Of a stretch of 35,064 bases of DNA, positions 7,773 to 16,300 are shown piece after piece. This DNA is from Gemmatimonadales bacterium (GTDB taxonomy: Bacteria; Gemmatimonadota; Gemmatimonadetes; Gemmatimonadales; GWC2-71-9), in assembly GCA_036390535.1 (NCBI GenBank), contig DASWBQ010000105.1:1-35064 (forward strand), given 5' to 3'. The notes under the pieces are model-generated. The model saw only the letters and a list, made by a program, of their open reading frames with translations. It had not been told where the DNA came from and ran no database searches. The translations under genes were made by a program, and so were the position numbers. How positions within the stretch are numbered: position 1 is the first letter of the stretch; each line of letters opens with the position of its first letter.

Positions 7773-9719
7773 GTGACGCTCTTCTCCTTCGGCGGGGTCT
7801 CCGTCGAATACGGCGCAACCACGGTGCTCCGCGACGTGACCTGGACGGTCACGCCCGGAGAGCGCTGGGGCATCGTGGGCCGGAACGGGGCGGGGAAGAC
7901 CACCCTCTTCCGGCTGCTCACCGGGGCAACCGCTCCTGCCACAGGCGCCGTGTCGCGTCGTCCCGGCCTGCGCATGGCGCTGCTGGATCAGCACCGGGAT
8001 TTTGGCGAGGCGGCCACGGTATGGGCTGCCGCGGCCGCCTCATTCGCACCCCTCATCGCTCTCGAGCGGTCACTGGCCGAGCAGGGCGAGCACCTGGCGA
8101 CGCTCGGGAGCGCAGTGACCGAGGCGGACCTCGATCGCTACGGCCGCGATCAGGAGCGATTCCAGCGGGAGGGCGGGTACGACTATCACGCCCGCGTCGA
8201 TGCGGTGCTGCAGGGACTGGCTTTTGACCCGGAAGAGGCGGTCCGGCGCCCCGTCGCCACCTTGAGCGGTGGCGAGCGGGGCCGCCTCGGCCTGGCGGCC
8301 CAACTGGCCGCCCCGGCGGACCTGCTCCTCCTCGACGAGCCCACCAACCACCTCGACCTGGAGACCACCGCCTGGCTGCAGCGCTACCTCCTCTCGCTCG
8401 ACGAGACGGTGGTGATGATCAGCCACGATCGGGCCTTCCTGGACGACACCGTGGATCACGTGCTCCACGTGTCCAACCGGACGGTGACGGATTACCGGGG
8501 CAACTACTCCTCGTTCGCCACCCAGCGGGGCGAACGGGAACTGGCGCTGGCGCGGCAGGTGGCGGACCAGCGGAAGCTGATCGCCCGCGAGGAGGACTTC
8601 ATCCGCCGCAACATCGCGGGGGGAAACTCGGCGCAGGCGAAAGGCCGCCGCCGCCGACTGGCCCGGCTGCCCCGGCTGTCACCGCCACCGGGCGAGGGGG
8701 ACGCGATGGCGATCCGCCTCGAGACGGCGGACCGGGGCGGGGACCAGGCACTGGTGACGGAAGGGCTGACGGTGGCGGCAGGAGCGCGGGTGCTGGTACG
8801 GGAGTTCTCGGCGGTGGCGCGCCGGGGTGACGTGATCGCGCTGGTCGGGCCGAACGGAGCCGGCAAGTCCACCCTCCTGGCAACGCTTCTGGGGACGCGG
8901 GCTCCCGCTGCGGGGAGTGCCCGACTGGGCGCCTCCGTGACCCCCGCCTGGTTCCGGCAGGACCTCGCCCAAGTGCCGATGGACCGGACCATCTACGAGT
9001 GCATCGCCCAGGTGCGCCCGGCCTGGGGCCGCGGCCCGATCCAGAGTCACCTGGGAGCCTTCGGCTTCTCGGGTGACGAGGTCCAGCGGCAGACGCAGGT
9101 ACTCTCGGGCGGCGAGCTGGCTCGGGTGGCCCTCGCGCTCATCACCCTGACTCGGGCCAACCTGCTGGTCCTGGACGAACCGACCAACCACCTCGACGTG
9201 GAGTCGATCGAGGCACTCGAGGACGCGATCGACGAGTACCAAGGCACCGTCCTGCTGGTCAGTCACGATCGTGCCTTTCTCCGAGAACTGGCCACCCGGG
9301 TCTGGGCGTTCGACGAGGACCGGATCGAGGATTTCGACGGCCCGTTTGTAGACTGGGAGGCCCATTATGCTATCCGGGAGCGCCGCCGGCAGGCCGCCGA
9401 GGCCGAGCTGGTGCAGGCGGAGCGGACCCGGGTCAGGGAATCGGAGCGCCGCCGCCAGGGGTCTGGTGACCGGGCCGCCGCCACGGCGCGCCAGGCCCGG
9501 CGTGAAGCGACAGCGGCGGAGGCCGAGGTCCACCGGCTGGAGGGTCGAATCGCCGAACTCGTTGCTGCGATTGAAGATCCGACCTTATACGAGGGTACCG
9601 CCGCCGGAGCTCGCCGCGCCGGTTCCTTGGGCCGGGAGCTGGAAGCGGCCCGGGCCGAACTGGACCGGGCGCTCGCCAGATGGGCGGCGGCGGTCGAGGC
9701 GGTGGAGCCGCGGGACTAG
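7773..9719 (+). CDS. ABC-F family ATPase (two ABC domains, no TM domain; translation-factor/Uup/EttA-like)
   Basis: 648 aa, GTG start. Walker A twice (GRNGAGKTT, GPNGAGKST). ABC signature twice (LSGGERGR, LSGGELAR). Walker B LLLLDEPTNHLD and LLVLDEPTNHLD. Arg/Glu-rich coiled-coil tail. Confidence 0.9.
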   Translation: MTLFSFGGVSVEYGATTVLRDVTWTVTPGERWGIVGRNGAGKTTLFRLLTGATAPATGAVSRRPGLRMALLDQHRDFGEAATVWAAAAASFAPLIALERSLAEQGEHLATLGSAVTEADLDRYGRDQERFQREGGYDYHARVDAVLQGLAFDPEEAVRRPVATLSGGERGRLGLAAQLAAPADLLLLDEPTNHLDLETTAWLQRYLLSLDETVVMISHDRAFLDDTVDHVLHVSNRTVTDYRGNYSSFATQRGERELALARQVADQRKLIAREEDFIRRNIAGGNSAQAKGRRRRLARLPRLSPPPGEGDAMAIRLETADRGGDQALVTEGLTVAAGARVLVREFSAVARRGDVIALVGPNGAGKSTLLATLLGTRAPAAGSARLGASVTPAWFRQDLAQVPMDRTIYECIAQVRPAWGRGPIQSHLGAFGFSGDEVQRQTQVLSGGELARVALALITLTRANLLVLDEPTNHLDVESIEALEDAIDEYQGTVLLVSHDRAFLRELATRVWAFDEDRIEDFDGPFVDWEAHYAIRERRRQAAEAELVQAERTRVRESERRRQGSGDRAAATARQARREATAAEAEVHRLEGRIAELVAAIEDPTLYEGTAAGARRAGSLGRELEAARAELDRALARWAAAVEAVEPRD

Positions 9720-9728
9720 CCGATGCCC

Positions 9729-9757
9729 TTGTGTAAACCTATCCCTGAGAGTAGCTT
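9729..9757 (+). promoter_or_regulatory. candidate sigma70-type promoter for csp-rpsU (TTGTGT-N17-TAGCTT)
   Basis: These are the only hexamers with plausible spacing in the unusually AT-richer stretch upstream of csp. The match to consensus is weak, so this is a guess. Confidence 0.25.
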
Positions 9758-9851
9758 ACGCCTCTTGTCAGCAGCAGTTCACGATCACCCGTAGTCGGTC
9801 AGGTCGGCACCGCCGGACTCCGATTACACCAACACCACTCGGAGCAGGCGC

Positions 9852-10061
9852 ATGAGCACGACCGGTACGGTGAAGTGGTTCAATGAGTCGAAGGGTTTCG
9901 GGTTCATCACCCCGGACGACGGTTCCAAGGATTGCTTCGTTCACTACTCGGCGATCAAGGGTTCCGGCTTCAAGACCCTGGTCGAGGGTGACAAGGTGCA
10001 GTTCGATATCGTGCAGGGCCAGAAGGGTCCCGCCGCCGAGAACGTGACGAAAGTCCAGTAA
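9852..10061 (+). CDS. csp: cold-shock domain protein (CspA family)
   Basis: 69 aa: [35 protein letters not shown]... It carries RNP1 (KGFGFI) and an RNP2-like motif (CFVHYS). GGAG lies 7 nt upstream of the ATG. Confidence 0.95.
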   Translation: MSTTGTVKWFNESKGFGFITPDDGSKDCFVHYSAIKGSGFKTLVEGDKVQFDIVQGQKGPAAENVTKVQ

Positions 10062-10064
10062 CAC

Positions 10065-10265
10065 ATGTCGATCGAGATCACTATCGGGGATGGCGACCGC
10101 ATCGAGTTCGCCCTGAAGGCGTTCCGCCGCAAGGTGCAGAAGTCGGGCGTGCTCCGCGAGCTCAAGGAGCGCCGGCACTATCTGAAGCCGAGCGTGGCGA
10201 AAAAGCTGAAGGAAGCCGCGGCGCGTCGCCGCAGCCGGAAGCGGGACCGCGCCCCCCGCGACTGA
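10065..10265 (+). CDS. rpsU: 30S ribosomal protein S21
   Basis: 66 aa: MSIEITIGDGDRIEFALKAFRRKVQKSGVLRELKERRHYLKPSVAKKLKEAAARRRSRKR... This matches the S21 pattern (ALRRFKR..EK.G.L.E.RRR..YEKPS..RK). The ATG is 3 nt after the csp TAA. Confidence 0.9.
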   Translation: MSIEITIGDGDRIEFALKAFRRKVQKSGVLRELKERRHYLKPSVAKKLKEAAARRRSRKRDRAPRD

Positions 10266-10291
10266 GTTCGTCGGGCCAATCCGATCGTCGA

Positions 10292-10330
10292 CCCCAGGCG
10301 GCTCCCCTCTCGGGACGCTGCCTGGGGTTT
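10292..10330. terminator. GC-rich hairpin followed by TTT (candidate bidirectional terminator between rpsU and the VOC gene)
   Basis: CCCCAGGCGGCTCCC-ctctc-GGGACGCTGCCTGGGG followed by TTTGG, read directly. The stem has one mismatch and one bulge. It lies in the 72-nt gap between the convergent stops at 10265 and 10338. Confidence 0.6.
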
Positions 10331-10337
10331 GGCATTC

Positions 10338-10826
10338 CTAGCCGTCGAGTTCCGCCATCAGCCCATGCAGGTCCAGCGGCCTGGTCATCATCGCCAGGTC
10401 GCCCTCGGGGGTACGGGGCCAGTCAGGCTCGGCACGGTCGCGATACAGCTCCACCCCGTTGCCATCCGGGTCCCGGAGGTAGATCGCCTCGCTGACCCCG
10501 TGGTCCGACGCGCCGTCGATCGGGATGCCCGCGTCCACCACCCGTCGGACCGCGTCGGCGAGGGTGCGCCGGTCGGGATAACGGATGGCGACGTGGTACA
10601 GCCCGGTCGTCCCGGGGGGTGGCGGCGGGCCGCCGGCGCTCTCCCACGTGTTGAGACCGATGTGATGATGGTAGCCGCCGGCGGCGACGAAGGCGGCGCC
10701 TCGCCCATATCGCTGGGTGAGCCCGAAACCCAGCACATCACGGTAGAACCCCAGGGCGCGCTCGAGGTCGGCCACCTTCAGGTGCACGTGGCCGATGTCG
10801 ACGCGCGGGTCGATCGGGGTCGTCAT
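10338..10826 (-). CDS. VOC-family (glyoxalase / bleomycin resistance / extradiol dioxygenase-fold) protein
   Basis: 162 aa with IGHVHLKVADLERALGFYRDVLGF, HHIGLNTW and SEAIYLRDPDGNGVELY, which is the typical paired beta-alpha-beta-beta-beta VOC pattern. Confidence 0.85.
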   Translation of the reverse strand: MTTPIDPRVDIGHVHLKVADLERALGFYRDVLGFGLTQRYGRGAAFVAAGGYHHHIGLNTWESAGGPPPPPGTTGLYHVAIRYPDRRTLADAVRRVVDAGIPIDGASDHGVSEAIYLRDPDGNGVELYRDRAEPDWPRTPEGDLAMMTRPLDLHGLMAELDG

Positions 10827-10832
10827 CGCAGA

Positions 10833-11648
10833 TCACTCCATGGTGTCGGTAATCGGGCGCGGGGGCACAGCCGTGCCGGCCAGCATCCCGCCGTCGAGCA
10901 CGAACTCCGCGCCCGTGGTATACCCGGACTCGTCCGAAGCCAGGTAGACCACCAGCGCCGCCACCTCCTCGATGGTCCCGAACCGGCGGAGGGGCGTGTC
11001 CTTCGTGTACTCGGCCTCGCGGGTTGCCCGCTCGGGGCCCGAGCCGAGGATCGGTTCCCACATCGGGGTGAGGATCGCAGCCGGATGGACCGAGTTGCAG
11101 CGGATCCGCAGTCCCTGTTCGGCGCAGTAGAGCGCGACGGTCTTGGTGTGGTTCCGCACCGCGGCCTTGCTGGCGGCGTAGGCGGCCGCTCCCGGAATCC
11201 CGACCAGACCGGATCGGGACGAGATGTTGACGATGGAGCCGCCATCCGCCCGCATCAGGGGAATGGCGTGCTTGCAGCCGAGGAACACGCCGTCGAGGTT
11301 GGTGGCGAGCACGGCGTGCCATGCGGCCAGGCTGGCGTGCTCGGGGTCGTGGGGTGTGAACCCCTCCTCGAACCCCGTGATGCCGGCATTGTTGACGAGG
11401 ACGTCAAGCCGGCCGAAGGTCTGGCGCGCCCAGGCGGCCGTGGCCTCCCATTGCGACTCATCCCGGACGTCGAGCCGGCGCCAGATCGCCCGCTCGCCAA
11501 GGCCGAAGGCGACGGCCGCTCCCTCGGCTTCCTGGATGTCCGTGACGATCACCCGCGCTCCCTCGGCGGCAAACCGCTCCGCGATGCCGCGGCCGATGCC
11601 CCGGGCGGCCCCGGTCACCAGCGCGATCTTGCCCTCCATCCTTCCCAT
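10833..11648 (-). CDS. short-chain dehydrogenase/reductase (classical SDR)
   Basis: [10 protein letters not shown] cofactor motif, NNAG, catalytic YAASKAAV (YxxxK). The start is placed at the ATG at 11648 ([13 protein letters not shown]...), preceded by GGAGG with a 6-nt spacer. The track start at 11690 is probably too long. The stop is 6 nt from the VOC start, so the two are probably co-transcribed. Confidence 0.9.
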   Translation of the reverse strand: MGRMEGKIALVTGAARGIGRGIAERFAAEGARVIVTDIQEAEGAAVAFGLGERAIWRRLDVRDESQWEATAAWARQTFGRLDVLVNNAGITGFEEGFTPHDPEHASLAAWHAVLATNLDGVFLGCKHAIPLMRADGGSIVNISSRSGLVGIPGAAAYAASKAAVRNHTKTVALYCAEQGLRIRCNSVHPAAILTPMWEPILGSGPERATREAEYTKDTPLRRFGTIEEVAALVVYLASDESGYTTGAEFVLDGGMLAGTAVPPRPITDTME

Positions 11649-11737
11649 TGGCCACCTCCGGCAGGAAAGCTGGCGCGACCAGACTGCCACGCCAAGTCGG
11701 GTTTGACAAGGCCCGCCCCGTGCGGCACGTTCCCGTC

Positions 11738-12856
11738 ATGACCACGACCCGCCGCGATTTTCTCAGAACCTCCGCCGCTATCGGCACGCTGGCCCTGGGT
11801 GTGCCGGCCCCGGCGTTCGCCAGCCGTCGAGCCTTACGGCGTCCAGCTCCCCTGCGGATCCTGGTCCTCGGCGGCACCGGCTTCATCGGCCCATATCAGG
11901 TGCAGTACGCCCTGGAACGGGGTCACGCGGTCACGCTGTTCAACCGCGGCCGCACCAACCCGCAGCTCTTCCCGACGGTGGAGAAGCTGGTCGGCGACCG
12001 GGCCGGCGACCTCAAGTCACTGGAGGGCCGCGATTGGGACGTGGTGATCGACAACTCGGCGACGAACCCGGAGTGGGTCGAGCTGTCGGCACGGCTGCTC
12101 GCGCCCCGGGTGAAGCGGTACGTCTTCGTGTCGACCCGCTCGGTCTACTTCGACACCAGCCGGATCCCGATGACGGTGGACGCCCCCGTCTTCAGCCGGG
12201 AGAATACGCCGGTGGAGACCGGGAAGCCGCTCCCCTACGGCCTGGCGAAGGCGCTGGCGGAGGCCGCCGCGCGCCAGCACTTCCCCGGGCGGGCCCTGAT
12301 CGTGCGTCCCTCGCTGATCGTCGGCCCCGGCGACCTGACCGACCGGTTTACCTACTGGCCGGTGCGGATCGAGCGGGGTGGCGAGGTGCTGGCCCCGGGA
12401 GACGGCACCGACCCGGTGCAGATCATCGACGCACGCGACCTCTCCGAGTGGATGATCCGGCTGGTGGAGCAGGACGTCACTGGGACGTACAATGCCCTGG
12501 GGCCGAAGCAGCCGCGGTCGTTCGCCGAGCTGCTGCACGGCATCAAGGCAGTGACTACCTCCGACGCCACCTTCACCTGGGTGGATACCGACTTCCTCGA
12601 GCAGCACGAGGTCCGGGGCTACCGGGAGATGCCGGTCTGGATGCCGGCCCGCAAGGGACGGGAAGGGTTCGCGCGGTTCGACATCTCGCGGGAGATCGCC
12701 CTCGGGCTCACCTTCCGGCCGCTCGCGGTAACCGCGAAGGACACCCTCGACTACTACCACGCCCAGCCGCCTGAGCGGCAGGAACGGCTCCGCGCCGGAA
12801 TCACGGCGGAACGCGAGGCGGAGGTATTGGCGCTCTGGAAGGCGCGGAAGGGCTGA
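11738..12856 (+). CDS. NAD(P)-binding epimerase/dehydratase-family (extended SDR) protein with a twin-arginine (TAT) signal peptide
   Basis: The start is placed at the ATG at 11738: MTTTRRDFLRTSAAIGTLALGVPAPAFA/S is a textbook T-R-R-x-F-L TAT motif with an AxA cleavage site. It is followed by the Rossmann motif ILVLGGTGFIG. Confidence 0.85.
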   Translation: MTTTRRDFLRTSAAIGTLALGVPAPAFASRRALRRPAPLRILVLGGTGFIGPYQVQYALERGHAVTLFNRGRTNPQLFPTVEKLVGDRAGDLKSLEGRDWDVVIDNSATNPEWVELSARLLAPRVKRYVFVSTRSVYFDTSRIPMTVDAPVFSRENTPVETGKPLPYGLAKALAEAAARQHFPGRALIVRPSLIVGPGDLTDRFTYWPVRIERGGEVLAPGDGTDPVQIIDARDLSEWMIRLVEQDVTGTYNALGPKQPRSFAELLHGIKAVTTSDATFTWVDTDFLEQHEVRGYREMPVWMPARKGREGFARFDISREIALGLTFRPLAVTAKDTLDYYHAQPPERQERLRAGITAEREAEVLALWKARKG

Positions 12857-13342
12857 TCAGAGCGAAGGCTCGCAGCGCACCCTGGCAAAAGGGAAGTCGA
12901 CGCGCCGGCTGCGACCGGGGGTGATGCCCTCGATCCAGGCGTAGAGACTGTCGCTTCCAACGAGGCGATAGCCGATCCGCTGCGGAAAATCATGCCCGGG
13001 GTTCTCGAAGACGAGCAGGGTGTCGGTGAGGCTGATTGCCCGGAATGATGCCGGTCGCTGGGTGTCGGGATCGGCCGCGTAGACCCAGGTGCCGGTGCTG
13101 TCCGGGCTCAGCACGATCTGCTCGCCCCCGGCTGGCCGCTCCCCGACCCAGGTGCGGCTCTCCCCTTTGAACGTGCCGCCGGTTCCCCGCTCCCATCGTT
13201 CCACGATCCGGCGGTCACCGCGCCGCACCTCCCAGCAGCCCAGCAACCAACCGGGCGCGCTCCGGTCAGGGGCCTGGCCGTGCAGCTCGGCCCCTGCCAT
13301 CACCAACAGCACGGCGCAGCACAGCAGCCGGTGGCGCCTCAT
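12857..13342 (-). CDS. small secreted protein of unknown function (possibly DUF6265-like; tentative)
   Basis: 161 aa. Signal peptide MRRHRLLCCAVLLVMAGAELHGQ, then LLGCWE...FENPGHDFPQRIGYR. Same strand as the large operon and 14 nt downstream of it. Confidence 0.7.
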   Translation of the reverse strand: MRRHRLLCCAVLLVMAGAELHGQAPDRSAPGWLLGCWEVRRGDRRIVERWERGTGGTFKGESRTWVGERPAGGEQIVLSPDSTGTWVYAADPDTQRPASFRAISLTDTLLVFENPGHDFPQRIGYRLVGSDSLYAWIEGITPGRSRRVDFPFARVRCEPSL

Positions 13343-13356
13343 CCCGTCGTCCCGGT

Positions 13357-16300
13357 CTACCGTTGCGGTCGGGTTCGGGCCAGCGACCGGTAGTACTCCT
13401 CCACCAGCGCCCGGAAGCGCGGGGGAACCTGGTCGCCGGGTGCGACGACCGGTTGTCCGTCCTGCACCCCGCCGAGCTGCCGACGCAGCGCGTACTCGAA
13501 CGCCCGCAGGGGCTCGAGGACGTCACGCTCCAGCCGGGCGAGGCCGCTGGGATCGGAGAAGACGGCGGCTCCCTCGAGGCCGCGCATGGCGCGGCTGACG
13601 CGTTCGAGGTCGGCGGCGTCCATGCCCTGCGCTTCCAGCTCGGCGGCCAGCGATTCGGCGGCCTCCCGGCGGGTGCGGAGCTCGCGGGAGAGCTGGCGCG
13701 CGAGGGCGGGGTCGACGAACCCTGGCCGTCCGCCGCCGGCCTGGTCGCGCGGCTGGCCAGGTGAGCCTGATTCTGTCCGTTCGCCCGTCTGCCCGTCCGC
13801 GGGTCCGCCACCGCGTGCCTCTCCGCCGCTCCGACCCTCCGCCCGTTCTCTGAGCGACTCCATCCCCTGCACCAGGGCGCGTGCCCGGTCGAGCGCCTGC
13901 TGCCCGGCGCGGCCGGAGTCGGCCCCTGCCAGCGCCGTCCCGGCGGTGCGGATGCGGGCCGCGGTGCTGTCGAGGTTGACCGCCACCTGCTCCTCGAAGT
14001 TGCGGGCGTACTCCGGCGGCACGCCGCGGAGGAAGTTCTTCGAGAACCGGATCCGATCCTCGACCCGGCTTTCACGCAGCCCCTCCGCGGCCTGTTCCAG
14101 GCGGCGACCGGCCTCCGGGCGGGTCGCGCGCGTCTCCCGGCCCAGCCGGTCGAGGTCCGCCTCCAGTCGCTCGACCTCCGCAGCCAGGCTGTCCTTCCGC
14201 TCCGCAATCCGGCCGGCCTCTCCCGCCGCCGGCCGCCCGCCCGCCAGAGCGCGCTCCAGGTCCCGGCCGATCTCGCGTTGCCGTTCGGCCAGTTCGGACG
14301 CCCGCTCCCCCGCCTCGGCGATGCTCTGTTCGGTGCGGGCGTTCCGACCAGCCTCCAGCCGCCGGGTGGCGTCGGACAGCCGCTCTGCCGCGCGGGCGCC
14401 CTGCGTCTGGCCTCCCTGCTGGCCGGCCGCCGCCCGGCGCATGTCATCGGCCGCCTGCTGAAGGCCACGTGCCGCCTCGCTCAATTCAGGCGATTGCTGT
14501 TCACGCGCCAGGCGCTCCAGCTGGCGGGCCAGCTCCTCCGCCTCCTGGGCCATCCGGCGCTGGCCGGAGCTGCCCTGGGATCCGCCGCCCTGCTGGCCAG
14601 CCCGCTGCTGCAGCTGCTCCATCGCCCGGCGGGCCCGCTCGTTCTCCTGCTGTTGGCGCGCGGCCAGCTGGCGGAGCCGCTCGAGCACCTCATCGACTTG
14701 CGCCTCCTGCTGGCGGGCGCCACTCCGCTCGACGGTTTCGTACTGGTTGCGAAGCTTGTCGGTCTCCAGCTCGAAGAGGTCGGCGAGGTCTTCGGCGTCC
14801 TGGCTCTGGCCACCTCGTCCGCCACCGCCCTGGCCCTGCTCCATGCTGACCTGGACCTCGCGGAAGGCCTCCTCGGCCCGCTGCAGGTGCTGGAGGGCCT
14901 GCTCCTCAGGGCCGAGGGCGTCGGCCGGCCGCTGGCTGCCGAGGGCGACTTCGGCGACGGACATCAGGGGCACGGCGGCCGCCAGGTTCTTCTGGACGAC
15001 CGCGAAGGTCGAGTCCATGCCGGCGGCACCCCGCTGGGCCATCTGCGCCACCAGGCCGGACACCCGCTCCCTGAGCTTGCCCTGGGCGAGCGCCAGGGTC
15101 GTCAGGTCCTCCCGTCGGACGGCCTCCGTGCGGGCGGCCCCATCGCGCTCGACCTTGTACGTGCCGGAGATGATCTGGCGCTGCTGTTCCGAGAGACCAT
15201 CGGGGGAATCCCCGCCCATCTGGGACTGCTGCTGCGCCCCGCGCTGCTCCGCCTGCCGGTAGTCCTTGCCGAAGGGGCGCACCCGGATGAAGTAGATGTC
15301 GGTGGCGGCGATGGCGCCGGTGCCGGCGCCGTTGTCGGTCGCCCGGGCGAAGTAGCTCACCACGTCGCCCGGCACGAGCCCGTACTCCTCGAGGAAGAAG
15401 GTGTGCCCCGCCTGAATGGACGGGAGCCGCCTGGCCGCGTCGTGCAGCACCACGGTGCGGGGCTCGCCGCCGTTCACCCGAAAGACCAGCTCGAGCCGCC
15501 GGATGCCGTGGTCGTCGGTGGCTTCGACTTCGGTGAACACCTCCTCGACCGCGGTCGCCTGCATGTCACGCCCCGGGGCCTTGAAGACGACGGTGGGGCC
15601 GCGATCATCGAGGAGGTCGATCCGGTACGTCAGGGACCCCTCGACCCAGTTGCCGCCGGCAGCCTGCAGTTCGATGCGCCAGGTGCCGTCACGCTCGAGC
15701 CGCATGGTGCCGTCGAGATTCCCGTCGTCGGCGGGACGAAGCGCCACGGTGTCACCCGCCTCGGTCACCACCCGCCCCGCGGGGACCGGGATGGTGGGCG
15801 TGACGACGAACCGTGCCGTCGTTCCCCGCGGCGCGACGATGTCCCCTCCCGGTTCCTGACGGTCCGGGGCCTGCCCGGTGAACGCCGGGTACCGCAGCTC
15901 AATGGCAAGGTTCGCGACGGTGGGGAGGTCCGCGGCCGTGAGGGTGTACCGTCGCGACTGAACCCCGCTGGCGTCCACCAGGTACTCGATCCGGTCGGTC
16001 ACGTCGAACAGCCGGAAGCTGTAGCGGCCGGCCGAATCGGCGGCGATCATGGTGAGCCGCTGCCATTCCGGATCGTCGCCGGTGCGCACCAGGAGTTCCA
16101 CCCGGTCGGTGCTGAAGCCACGGAGCGTGGCCTCGATCTCGATGTCACCGCCCCGGGCAACGGTCGCGTCGCCCGGCTGTACCAGCACGGCGTACGCCGA
16201 CTCGGCCACCGCCTCCTGCCACGGCAGGAAGAGCGCCCTCGCCGCCTCCCGCAGCGCCTGGGGGCCGATCACGACCGCGAGCGCAGCGACCCCGGCCGCA

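Noticed and set aside
9765-9797. Alternative csp promoter using TTGTCA at 9765-9770
   Set aside because: There is no acceptable -10 hexamer at a 16-19 nt spacing. The nearest TA-containing hexamer, TAGTCG, is 21 nt away.
10329-11741. 470-aa + strand ORF
   Set aside because: It is antisense across two separate, well-supported genes (VOC and SDR) and their intergenic gap, and has no motifs.
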